64,000 bases of DNA from a bacterium. Lineage in GTDB: Bacteria; Cyanobacteriota; Vampirovibrionia; Obscuribacterales; JAKAZS01. Location: positions 5,599-69,598 of the forward strand of contig JAKAZS010000001.1 in assembly GCA_021815785.1 (NCBI GenBank), read 5' to 3'. Shown piece by piece: positions 9,735 to 19,169 of this stretch (positions are counted from its first letter, which is position 1; each line of letters opens with the position of its first letter). Below the pieces are notes generated by a model, which was not told the origin of the DNA, did no database searches, and saw only the letters and a program-made list of their open reading frames with translations. The position numbers and the translations under genes are program-made.

Positions 9735-9748
9735 ATTTGAATTCAAAT
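9735..9748. promoter_or_regulatory. 14-bp perfect palindrome ATTTGAATTCAAAT upstream of the efflux operon (candidate operator)
   Basis: Read directly from the sequence. Lies 26-39 bp upstream of the OMF start codon (9709). Palindromes of this length are expected by chance several times in an AT-rich 64-kb window, so only the position is suggestive. Confidence 0.2.
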
Positions 9749-10014
9749 CGAGATAATAATTAACAGCTTAGATTAAGTGAAACTAATAATAATGGGCTTA
9801 CTGACACTGTAAAGCCTATATTTTAAACTTAATCATTAATAAGTAATATAGTCGTGATCAATTTTAGTTTAATAAATCATTATGAATATAATTTGTTAAT
9901 TATTAAGACTAAGCTATATCTTTACCGAATTTATCCAAAAATTATAATGTAATAACTGATTTAGAGATATACTACAATTAATAATCACATTTCAATAATC
10001 AGGAAGATTTCAAT

Positions 10015-10398
10015 ATGCGCTATTTAAACATCATTATATGTGGATTAAGCTTGTTAACTCCTGTGGCTTTGTCTAAGCCAGCCTATATATTTACAACCTC
10101 GGCAACGCCAAAACTTGATTTTTTTACTTTACCGAAGCTAAATTCAAAGATTTTAATTGCCAAAAATTATGGTTTGCCTAATATATCTAATAAAGGTTAT
10201 GGGTTTCATCAAGGTGGTTATGGGTTTAAACATTTGAAAACACTTAATGACTATGACCAAGATGAGAATGCGACTTGGGCTGATACAAGTTTTGGGCCTT
10301 CAATGTCTTACGGACATAGACCAGGAGCCACAGTCTGGGAACATCTTGGCTGGTATCGTGGTAGTCACAGTGGCCGGTTTGGTCATGCTAGCCATTAG
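10015..10398 (+). CDS. Small secreted Gly/His/Tyr-rich protein
   Basis: 127 aa. Signal peptide MRYLNIIICGLSLLTPVALS. AGGAAG lies 9 nt before the ATG. Mature part is rich in G, H and Y (GYGFHQGGYGFKH, GHRPGATVWEHLGWYRGSHSGRFGHASH). Confidence 0.55.
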   Translation: MRYLNIIICGLSLLTPVALSKPAYIFTTSATPKLDFFTLPKLNSKILIAKNYGLPNISNKGYGFHQGGYGFKHLKTLNDYDQDENATWADTSFGPSMSYGHRPGATVWEHLGWYRGSHSGRFGHASH

Positions 10399-10498
10399 GA
10401 ATAGGGTAATTATTAGAAATATTAAACCGTATAATTAAAAATATTTTGTTTACAAGTTATAATATTTTGAAATTAAGTAACTTGAAATTATAACATTT

Positions 10499-12511
10499 AT
10501 GAGCGACAACAATGACTTAAATCCTAATGACATTTCTTTATTTGGTAATGTTGATTCTTTTGTAGGGATTACCCTCAACGAAAATTATCAAATAACTGAA
10601 TTGCTTGGCGAAAGTAGTAATAATCTTACTTATTTAGCTAAGAATCTAAATAATAAAAATATTCCTGATTTAATAATTGTTAAAAAAGCTAATGCTAATT
10701 TTATTAAACGAATCCAAACCATCAAAAAAATCGATCATTTGCTAAACCCTCTTGTAAACCTTAAACACCCTAATATTTTAGAATCATACGAATATATTTT
10801 AGATAAAAACGATAATTTTTACCAAATTTTGCAATATTTACGCAATGCAATTTCGTTAAAAGAATTTAAAAAAGATCAAACCAACTTAAAAAAAACCGAT
10901 TTAATCAGAATTATCAATCAAATTAGTGATGGCCTTAGTTTTTTGCATGATCATAATATCATCCACGGCGATCTTAAACCGAGCAATATCCTTTGCCAAA
11001 CTGATCAAAATAGTGAAACCAATATTAGAATCTGTGATCCTTTAATAGCTAAATTAATAAATGATCAGGACCAAGACAAAAATCACATTACCTTAAGTAA
11101 AGAACAATTCATTAATCCACAATATTCGAGTCCCGAAATCTTTCAGGGCAAACCAGCTAATAAAAGTAGTGACATCTACTCATTAGGCTGTATTATCTAC
11201 GAATTAATTACTAACGACCCACCTTTTAACAATCAAAATATAACTAGTAATTACGCAAGTCACTTAAATGACTTGCCACAATCATTTCCGTTAGCATTAA
11301 CGCAATCATCCAATTTTATTGCTCGCATTGAATCACTGACGTTTAAAGCCTTAGCCAAAAATCCCAGTAATCGTTACGTAAATGTTACTGACCTTAAAAA
11401 TGATTTAGCTTTAGCTTTTGTAGCCTCCGAAGAAGTCTGGCAATCTAAAGCTATTGCCTTAAAACAAAATGAAACTACCCATAGTAAACTTGGTCGAGCC
11501 ACTTTACCTAGTATAAATTTAAAATCGGAAAAACCTAAAAAAGTCAATTTTAATTGGGAAAAAATAATTTTAAATACTGGTGTTTTTGCGATAATTTGTG
11601 CTTTAGGTTTTTATGGTTATTCAATTGTAATTAATCAGGATAATCTTTATAAAAATCTTAATACCAATCTTCTATTTATCCCCAATCTTGACAGCAGCAA
11701 AAATGCTAGCGTAAATAATAATGATGAAATTGAAAAGAGCAAAATTAACCTTCAAGAAGTCGTTGATGAATGTACGAAAAATTCTCCACAATATTTAAAC
11801 GCCTTAAATCAATTAGGCATTAGTTACTATAAAGCCAATAAATTTGTTGAAGCTAGTGATACCTATTTGGAAATAAAAAAAATTGCTACATCTTTAAAAA
11901 ACAATGAATTTATTATTTTAGCAATTAACAAGTTGGCTCGAATCAATTATTTAAGTCATGATTACCAAGGGGATATAAGTTATTGCCAAGAAGCTTTAAA
12001 TATGATTAAGGCTAATCCCAACAGCCCTTATTTGTGGGATGCCTATACTATATTAGGCAATACCTATACGATAAGCAATGAACCTAAAATTGCTTTAGAT
12101 TACTATAGTAAACTTTATCAAAGCATGTACCCCTATCGTTTTAGAATAGGTAATAGTTTTGCTATAACTGGATTTCAATTAGCTGATACCTATCGAAAAC
12201 TTAATCGATTCAAAGAAGCTTGCCAGATATTTAAATATTGTATAAATAATTGGCAATTTGTAGTTCGCAATCCTAATCATCCTATAATTGCCAATGCTTA
12301 TTACAGCCTGGGCTTATCTTTAATGGCTCAAGGTAATTATCCTGAAGCTATTGAAGCATTGGCAACATGTAAAAAAATCTGCCAAAAACTTAATTTACCC
12401 AAAGATTCGTTTAAAAGTGCCATTGATCATAGTTACTTAACCTGTCTGTGGCATACTAATATATTACAGGCCTTATTTATGGTTCTGGGAATAAAGTCAA
12501 ACTTACCATAG
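10499..12511 (+). CDS. Membrane-anchored Ser/Thr protein kinase-like protein with C-terminal TPR domain (atypical catalytic motifs)
   Basis: Hanks-type motifs are present: IIHGDLKPSNIL (catalytic loop), SSPEIF (APE-like), DIYSLGCIIYELIT. One TM helix (VFAIICALGFYGYSIVI). TPR-like C-terminal half. G-loop reads LGESSNNLTY and DFG reads DPL. Confidence 0.8.
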   Translation: MSDNNDLNPNDISLFGNVDSFVGITLNENYQITELLGESSNNLTYLAKNLNNKNIPDLIIVKKANANFIKRIQTIKKIDHLLNPLVNLKHPNILESYEYILDKNDNFYQILQYLRNAISLKEFKKDQTNLKKTDLIRIINQISDGLSFLHDHNIIHGDLKPSNILCQTDQNSETNIRICDPLIAKLINDQDQDKNHITLSKEQFINPQYSSPEIFQGKPANKSSDIYSLGCIIYELITNDPPFNNQNITSNYASHLNDLPQSFPLALTQSSNFIARIESLTFKALAKNPSNRYVNVTDLKNDLALAFVASEEVWQSKAIALKQNETTHSKLGRATLPSINLKSEKPKKVNFNWEKIILNTGVFAIICALGFYGYSIVINQDNLYKNLNTNLLFIPNLDSSKNASVNNNDEIEKSKINLQEVVDECTKNSPQYLNALNQLGISYYKANKFVEASDTYLEIKKIATSLKNNEFIILAINKLARINYLSHDYQGDISYCQEALNMIKANPNSPYLWDAYTILGNTYTISNEPKIALDYYSKLYQSMYPYRFRIGNSFAITGFQLADTYRKLNRFKEACQIFKYCINNWQFVVRNPNHPIIANAYYSLGLSLMAQGNYPEAIEALATCKKICQKLNLPKDSFKSAIDHSYLTCLWHTNILQALFMVLGIKSNLP

Positions 12512-13916
12512 TTTCAATATGAAAGGTATGACTAAACATATCCAAAGGCTGAATTAAATTAATTTTATAGGCAAAATTCTGATAAGAACTTGTTAAAATT
12601 TTCAAATCCCGAGCTAAGGTAGCGGGATTACAGCTTATATAAATAATATTTTTAATAAAAAGTTTTTTGATTAATTCTAAAACATTTTTATCAACACCTT
12701 TACGTGGTGGATCAAGAATAATTAAATCATAATTATCGTTCAATAAAAATCCCGCTAAATTATCTTCGACTAGGCCTTGGCTAAAATTAATATTAGTAAT
12801 ACCATTTAATTCAGCATTATCCTTACCACATTCAATAGCCTGATGGGATATTTCCAGACAAATTATTTTATTAGCCAATGGTGCTAACCACAGTGCTATC
12901 GTACCAATTCCGCCATAGGCATCAATGATATTAAGTTTATTATTTGAATTTAGGCAAGCCACCACTTTATAAATTTCATCATTTAATTTTTCACAAATCC
13001 GAGGATTTATTTGAAAAAAACTTTGACTTTTAATTTTCAATTTTAAAATATTGCTATTATTTGGCCATTTTACAAATTGGCTTGACAATGATTCAATTAT
13101 ATAGTCATTCCCAACCCCATTACAAAAAGTTTGCCCTAAAATCTTATTACCAGGTTTATCATTAAAATTCAGACAAATTCCTGAAATGTTCTGATTAGAT
13201 TGCCTTAAATCAGCCATAAATAAATTTAATTTATGATTTTCCTTACTATCTATACTTGATTTATCTTTGGTATTTAAGACTAAAGTTACCAATATAGTTT
13301 CATGTCCAAAACTATATTGCATAATAAGATGACGCAATAAGCCAATTTGAGATATTTCATCATAAATTCTCAGCTTATGTTTATTCAATAAAATATGACA
13401 ATTTTCCAGCAACTTATTAATTGACACTGATGCTACGGGACATGCGCTAATATTTATTAAGTCATGTGATTTAATTTTATAAAAACCTATTTCAATTTTA
13501 TTATTTTGAAAAGAGATGGGAAATTGCGCCTTATTACGATAAGCTTTATTTTCAATTGCTGGAATTACAGTTTCTACCAATAAATCTTTAAATCCACCTA
13601 TATGAATTAAACAATTTCTGACAATATCTTGTTTAGCCTTAAGCTGAGCTTGATAATCTAAATGCTGCCACTGACAGCCACCACAAATTGAAAAATGCTG
13701 ACAAAATGGTTTGACTCGATCTGGACTTTGATTTAAAATTTCAACAACTTTACCCAGTGCAAAAGATTTACGAATATCATAAATTTTTACCAGGATTTTA
13801 TCACCAATGACTACACCGTCAACAAAAACAGGAATTGCTAAATTATGGCTAATTCCTTGACCATTGGTTGCATAAGCATCAATTTCAAGCTCGACAATTG
13901 CATTTTTTTGTAACAT
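12477..13916 (-). CDS. rlmD: 23S rRNA (uracil-C5)-methyltransferase, RlmD/RumA family (TRAM + Fe-S + SAM MTase)
   Basis: 479 aa. TRAM-like N-terminus. Cys cluster CQHFSICGGCQWQH. SAM motif IIDAYGGIGT. Catalytic region YISCNPATLARD. Confidence 0.88.
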   Translation of the reverse strand: MLQKNAIVELEIDAYATNGQGISHNLAIPVFVDGVVIGDKILVKIYDIRKSFALGKVVEILNQSPDRVKPFCQHFSICGGCQWQHLDYQAQLKAKQDIVRNCLIHIGGFKDLLVETVIPAIENKAYRNKAQFPISFQNNKIEIGFYKIKSHDLINISACPVASVSINKLLENCHILLNKHKLRIYDEISQIGLLRHLIMQYSFGHETILVTLVLNTKDKSSIDSKENHKLNLFMADLRQSNQNISGICLNFNDKPGNKILGQTFCNGVGNDYIIESLSSQFVKWPNNSNILKLKIKSQSFFQINPRICEKLNDEIYKVVACLNSNNKLNIIDAYGGIGTIALWLAPLANKIICLEISHQAIECGKDNAELNGITNINFSQGLVEDNLAGFLLNDNYDLIILDPPRKGVDKNVLELIKKLFIKNIIYISCNPATLARDLKILTSSYQNFAYKINLIQPLDMFSHTFHIETMVSLTLFPEP

Positions 13917-13921
13917 ATATT

Positions 13922-14839
13922 TTAATATGATTTTAAATATTTATATCTAGACATTAAAAGATTGACTAATAGTTTAGACCCTTGTGCAACCTGAGCTGCA
14001 TTACTACTTGATTTTGCCAACTGATGCAACTGATTATAAGTACTCATTAACTGACTATCAACCTTATCTCCATGATCATTAACCTGGGTTATTAAACTAT
14101 ATACTTGAGCTAATTCATTGTAAGATGCGTCACTAGGAATTGGGGCTTCATTATTTTCGTTATTAATTTTATTCTGTGTTTGATAAGTTAGAATATCAAC
14201 TTCCCGTTTAGTAGAATTTAAATATTTGTCAACCAGGTACTCATTGTTAGCTTTGGCAGCATCTTCTAATTTTATAAACTGATTCATGGCTATATTAATA
14301 TTACCACCACGTTTGCGACAAGCTAAAATAGAGGCAAGCAAAGCCTGTCTTTCTTCAAGCCGAATGCCTGGCACTAGCATATTAATATTCGTAATTAATG
14401 TTGGTGCTGTGGAGGAATGAGCTATTCGTCCTTTAATTACATCAATAACCGAAAACAATAATTTTTCATCCAACTTACCCTTACCAAAAGATTGAATATC
14501 ACCAGATCGAACTACTACCATACGATATTCATCAGTTTTAATATTGTCATAGAAAAAAATGCGTACCAACGAAACTTCGTTAGGATATTTCTGCATAATA
14601 GCTCGAGCCAACAACACAGCATCAATCTTACAATCTTGATCTAAAGCCTTAGAACTGTAATACATGGATAGCACTACTTCCTTATTACTTATTTTAACCT
14701 GAACTTGTTTATTAGCTGGTATTACCTGACTGCGTTTAATTACATCAATAATATCATTATTGTTAAACGCATGGCTTACTTGAACCAATGAGATATTGAC
14801 AACAAGAAATAAACTTAAATATTTTTTGACTTTATTCAT
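13922..14839 (-). CDS. Exported hypothetical protein
   Basis: 305 aa. Signal peptide MNKVKKYLSLFLVVNISLVQVSHA. No family recognised. Lies 5 nt upstream of the methyltransferase gene on the same strand. Confidence 0.55.
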   Translation of the reverse strand: MNKVKKYLSLFLVVNISLVQVSHAFNNNDIIDVIKRSQVIPANKQVQVKISNKEVVLSMYYSSKALDQDCKIDAVLLARAIMQKYPNEVSLVRIFFYDNIKTDEYRMVVVRSGDIQSFGKGKLDEKLLFSVIDVIKGRIAHSSTAPTLITNINMLVPGIRLEERQALLASILACRKRGGNINIAMNQFIKLEDAAKANNEYLVDKYLNSTKREVDILTYQTQNKINNENNEAPIPSDASYNELAQVYSLITQVNDHGDKVDSQLMSTYNQLHQLAKSSSNAAQVAQGSKLLVNLLMSRYKYLKSY

Positions 14840-14888
14840 ACTATAAATTGTATTATATATTTAGGCTAAAAATTAATTCTTTAAAACT

Positions 14889-16115
14889 ATGTCAATTGAA
14901 ATTATACATGTTTCAGATATACATTTTGGTTCGGGTGAAAGCCATGGCAAAATTAATCCTCAAACTGGTTTAAACACTAGATTTGAAGACTTTACTGCCA
15001 GTTTTACTAAAGTTGTCGATTTTGCCATCGACAATCAGACCGATTGTGTGATTTTTGCTGGTGATGCCTATAAAACTGCCAACCCTGAACCAATATATCA
15101 AAAATACTTTGCCCGGGAAATAAAACGCCTATCGCAAAATAATATTATTACCATATTACTGGTAGGAAATCATGATCAAATTCACAAGTCAACCAAAAGC
15201 CATGCTTTATCAGTATTTGACAGTTTAAAAGTCGAAAATGTTTATATTATTGATAGCCCATGTCTGCAAACTTTTAAATGTAAAAATGGTAAATTCCAAC
15301 TCATTGGTCTACCCCATATCACTAAACATCTTTTATCCACCCAAAGCCAATTACAATCTTTAGGCAATGCCAATCTTGATGAAACAATTATTAATCAGGT
15401 CGAAACAATTCTTCAAGACTACTATAATAAACTTGATTCAACTTTACCAAGCATTATTACCGCGCATATGACCGTTGATAAAGCTTTAGCTGGTATTGAA
15501 GAAGAATTACTCTTAGGTTACAGTCTAACTTTCCCCGTATCACTATTTATGAATGACAAAATTGACTATGTAGCACTTGGCCATGTTCATAAACACCAAA
15601 TTATTAATCGAGCAAATCCCGCAATAGTATATTGTGGTTCAATTGACCGAGTGGATTTTGGTGAAGAGTCTGAAGATAAAGGTTTTGTTCAAGTAAGCTT
15701 AAATAGGGCAGGCACAAGTTATAAATTTCATTCCCTTAATCCTCGTCCATTTATAACGATTGAAACTGACTTGAGAAATATTGACAACCCTAATTTGTTT
15801 TTAGCCCAAAAAATAAATAACTATAATATTAATGATTGTGTTTTGCGAATAAAATATACAATTGATAGTGATAATCTTTATAAATTAAATGAAACTGAAA
15901 TAAAAAAAATCTGCACTCCAGCCATGAGTTATAAATTAATTCCTGATATCAAACCAAGTTTTAGCAGAATCAGAATCCCTAATTTACAAGAAGCCATATT
16001 AGAATCGCCTAAACAAGCTTTATCAACTTATTTAAAGGAAAGTTTAAATCTAAATGAAGCAGAGTTAAATAAATTTATTAATTTAATCAACGAATTAAAT
16101 ATTGACAACAATTAA
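14889..16115 (+). CDS. sbcD: SbcD/Mre11-family metallophosphoesterase nuclease
   Basis: 408 aa. Calcineurin-like motifs HVSDIHFG, GDAYK, GNHD and GHVH in the canonical order. Confidence 0.85.
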   Translation: MSIEIIHVSDIHFGSGESHGKINPQTGLNTRFEDFTASFTKVVDFAIDNQTDCVIFAGDAYKTANPEPIYQKYFAREIKRLSQNNIITILLVGNHDQIHKSTKSHALSVFDSLKVENVYIIDSPCLQTFKCKNGKFQLIGLPHITKHLLSTQSQLQSLGNANLDETIINQVETILQDYYNKLDSTLPSIITAHMTVDKALAGIEEELLLGYSLTFPVSLFMNDKIDYVALGHVHKHQIINRANPAIVYCGSIDRVDFGEESEDKGFVQVSLNRAGTSYKFHSLNPRPFITIETDLRNIDNPNLFLAQKINNYNINDCVLRIKYTIDSDNLYKLNETEIKKICTPAMSYKLIPDIKPSFSRIRIPNLQEAILESPKQALSTYLKESLNLNEAELNKFINLINELNIDNN

Positions 16116-16140
16116 TTTTTTAAAGCTTTGAGGTAACTAA

Positions 16141-17481
16141 TTGAATCCCTTATCCTTGCTTTTAAACAATCATCCCAAAGGATTACAAGTATTATTTTTT
16201 ACTGAATTATGGGAGCGTTTTAGCTATTATGGTATGCGCGCAATCTTAATTTTATACATGATAGCTTCTCCTCAAGAAGGAGGCCTTAATTTTACCAGTC
16301 CGTTTGCCTCAATAATTTATGGTATCTATACCAGTTTAGTTTATATGACGGCAATTCCGGGAGGATTTATTGCAGATAACTATCTAGGGCCTAAACTAGC
16401 GATAATAATTGGTGGCAGTATTATCGCCTTAGGTCACATTCTCTTAACCATTAACACCTTACCGTTTTTTTATTCTGGACTGATTGCCATTGTTATTGGT
16501 ACCGGCTTATTAAAGCCAAGTGTAAGCTCAATAGTTGGCAACCTTTATATAGATAATGAAAGCAAACGTGATAGTGGTTTTATTATCTTCTATATGGGAA
16601 TTAACCTTGGTGCGGCTCTAGCACCACTAGTATGTGGCTTTTTAGCCCAAAGCAACGAATTTAAAAGTTTCCTTACCATTTGTCATCTCGATCCAAAAAT
16701 GTCCTGGCATTTTGGTTTTGGCGCTGCCGCTATTGGTATGATTTTAGGCTTAATCACTTTTATCCGGCAAAAATATCTAATTCCTGATGGTCAAGTCAAA
16801 CCAAGTCATATTGATTTAAATCTGCCAGTATTCACCCCTTTAACCAAAACTGAAACCAATAAATTATTGATAATTGCCTTATTATTCTTATTTTCAGCCA
16901 TGTTCTGGGCTGTGTATGAACAAGGCGGAGCTTCACTCAATATATTTGCCAATAAATATACCAATTGTCAAATTGGCAATTATAACTTTCCACCATCATA
17001 CCTCCAAACATTTCAAGCTGTATTTATAATTATTTTTGCCCCCTTAATATCTAAACTCTGGTTAAATTTAGGCAACAAACAACCAAGCAGTCAGGCTAAA
17101 TTTGTTTTGGGGCTGATTTTATTAGGTATTGGAATATGTTTAATGGTACCAGCATCATATTTAGCTTTAACCCATAAAATTAGTCCTCTCTGGATTGTAG
17201 GATGTTATTTATTTGAAGTTTTAGGTGAACTTTGTTTAAGTCCAGTTGGGTTAAGCACTGTTACGAAACTAGCTCCATCGCGTTATGTTGGCTTAGTTTT
17301 AGGAATTTGGTATTTATCCTATGCCCTGGGTAATTTTTTAGCCGGTCTATGGTGCAGTCTGTGCAATATTAACAACCCGATAGCTTATGCTTATGTATTC
17401 TTAAGCATGGCCATATCAGCTCTTTTAGCTTCAATAATACTATACTTACTCTTACCTTTAATTAATAAGTTAGAAAAGTAA
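16141..17481 (+). CDS. Proton-dependent oligopeptide transporter (POT/PTR2 family, DtpT-like)
   Basis: 446 aa polytopic protein. PTR2 signature FTELWERFSYYGMRAILILYM. TTG start 7 nt after GAGGT. Confidence 0.9.
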   Translation: MNPLSLLLNNHPKGLQVLFFTELWERFSYYGMRAILILYMIASPQEGGLNFTSPFASIIYGIYTSLVYMTAIPGGFIADNYLGPKLAIIIGGSIIALGHILLTINTLPFFYSGLIAIVIGTGLLKPSVSSIVGNLYIDNESKRDSGFIIFYMGINLGAALAPLVCGFLAQSNEFKSFLTICHLDPKMSWHFGFGAAAIGMILGLITFIRQKYLIPDGQVKPSHIDLNLPVFTPLTKTETNKLLIIALLFLFSAMFWAVYEQGGASLNIFANKYTNCQIGNYNFPPSYLQTFQAVFIIIFAPLISKLWLNLGNKQPSSQAKFVLGLILLGIGICLMVPASYLALTHKISPLWIVGCYLFEVLGELCLSPVGLSTVTKLAPSRYVGLVLGIWYLSYALGNFLAGLWCSLCNINNPIAYAYVFLSMAISALLASIILYLLLPLINKLEK

Positions 17482-17545
17482 CGATGTTCTGCTTTATCAA
17501 TTAATCACGCAACTCAGCTGTCATTCTATAACTTAAATTATACAT

Positions 17546-18295
17546 TTAATGAATAGTATTTTTAGAATAATTAACAGCCGCTAAAATAGTATGTCTAACA
17601 GGTATTTCATGGGGATTGGTTAATTTTACCACACGATTTCTTAGGCCAATTAAAGTAGAAGGTAATTCCATTTTTACGCCTTCACGAATGATAAACTGAG
17701 GTACAGGGAATCCTGGATCAATAAACATACAATAAGTCAAATCGGTTTTAGTACCATTATCAGCTGACTGCATTTCCCAAGTTCCGCGAAAATCCTTTAT
17801 AAGCCCACCAATTCTTCTAAATTTAACTGATTTATCTTTTTCATAGTCTGATTTAACCACATAAGTTACTTTAGGCAAAGGAAAAGGAACATCTAAAGTT
17901 ACTTTTAATATGGATTCAGACTCTTTATCAACTAAAACTAATACGTCACTCATACGTGGTGAAATTTTCTTTTGAAATTCAAACGGGTTTACCATTATTG
18001 GCCATACTTTAGCTGGTGGCGCATTAATTAGAATTCTTCCCGAGACATATTTGATACCATCAATTTCTTTTAACCCAACGATAACTTCACCTCGATCCAG
18101 GCGGGCTCGCATTTGCGGAGGCAGATTAGCCGCTGCTTTAGTCAAAGAAATTAAGTTATCGTCGATAGGCGTACTTGATTTGACAATTTTAGCATTTATA
18201 GGGTTACAAGGTTTGGCCATTAATTTCAAACTGGAAAAGCAACAAAGCAATGTTAAAACGAGCAGTTTTAAAGAGATTTTTAAGGGATGATTCAT
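17546..18295 (-). CDS. Secreted SRPBCC (START/cyclase-dehydrase-like) ligand-binding protein
   Basis: Signal peptide LKLLVLTLLCCFSSLKLMA. SRPBCC-like pattern (INAPPAKVWPIMVNPFEF ... FRGTWEMQSADNGTKTDLTY). Start taken at ATG 18295; the track uses TTG 18304. Confidence 0.6.
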   Translation of the reverse strand: MNHPLKISLKLLVLTLLCCFSSLKLMAKPCNPINAKIVKSSTPIDDNLISLTKAAANLPPQMRARLDRGEVIVGLKEIDGIKYVSGRILINAPPAKVWPIMVNPFEFQKKISPRMSDVLVLVDKESESILKVTLDVPFPLPKVTYVVKSDYEKDKSVKFRRIGGLIKDFRGTWEMQSADNGTKTDLTYCMFIDPGFPVPQFIIREGVKMELPSTLIGLRNRVVKLTNPHEIPVRHTILAAVNYSKNTIH

Positions 18296-18505
18296 ATTAC
18301 ACAACCTATTTAGTTTTCAATTAATGATAATAACGACGTAATTAAAAGACTATTGATTCAATATTTATAAATTTTAATTATTGAATTCTTGACAAGAAAT
18401 ATATCTTTGAAATTAATTTACCTTACAACAAGCTTACCAACTTAAAATATTTTAGCAAAAAACTAAGCATTTGCAAAATTATATTTTTTAAAGTTTTCAA
18501 GATAA

Positions 18506-19054
18506 CTATACCGGAAAAGCTAATTTGACCTTAGGAAAATCAACCTCAGTTTTGGCCACATGATTAAAATAATTTGTAAAGACATTTAAAGCCACATTGG
18601 CAATAATTTCCGTAATTTCAGCATCGGTGACTCCGGTAGCTTTCAAATCCGAATAATCCGACTCCGGCAAATCTGCTTTACGTAATAATAAATTGCGCGC
18701 AAATCCAAGCATGGCATCAATTTTGGGCTCTTGCGATTGGACTTGTCGAGCTTTCATTATTTCAGCATCATCCAGACCAATTTGTTTAGCTATAGCCACG
18801 TGAGCACTTAAACAATATTCACACAAATGCGTTTCAGCGACTACTATGGCAATACGTTCACGAATTTGGGGACTTAGCACACCATTGGACAAAGCCTCAT
18901 TAAAGGCCAGATAACCTTTAATGCTTTGTGGTGAATTAGCCATAAGGGCAAAAATATTAGGAATTCTACCAAATTTTTGGTTGATTAAATTTAAAACTTC
19001 ATTTTGTTCTTTACTAGCATTATCGGCTTCAATAGGTTTAATTCTGCTTGTCAT
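18506..19054 (-). CDS. Carboxymuconolactone decarboxylase / AhpD-like family protein
   Basis: 182 aa. AhpD-core motif ETHLCEYCLSAH (CxxC followed by His). Confidence 0.75.
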   Translation of the reverse strand: MTSRIKPIEADNASKEQNEVLNLINQKFGRIPNIFALMANSPQSIKGYLAFNEALSNGVLSPQIRERIAIVVAETHLCEYCLSAHVAIAKQIGLDDAEIMKARQVQSQEPKIDAMLGFARNLLLRKADLPESDYSDLKATGVTDAEITEIIANVALNVFTNYFNHVAKTEVDFPKVKLAFPV

Positions 19055-19169
19055 TAATTACCTCCATAATTCTTGATATCTAATTTACCTTTGACAACAA
19101 TATCATGTCAGGAGATATTTGCATGTATAAAGAATGTGATCTAAAAAAGATTTAATTATTTGCTAAATT

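Noticed and set aside
10247-10438. Alternative-frame ORF overlapping the small G/H/Y-rich gene
   Set aside because: It has no signal peptide and no SD. The 10015 frame has both, so I kept that frame. The coding status of the locus still deserves verification.
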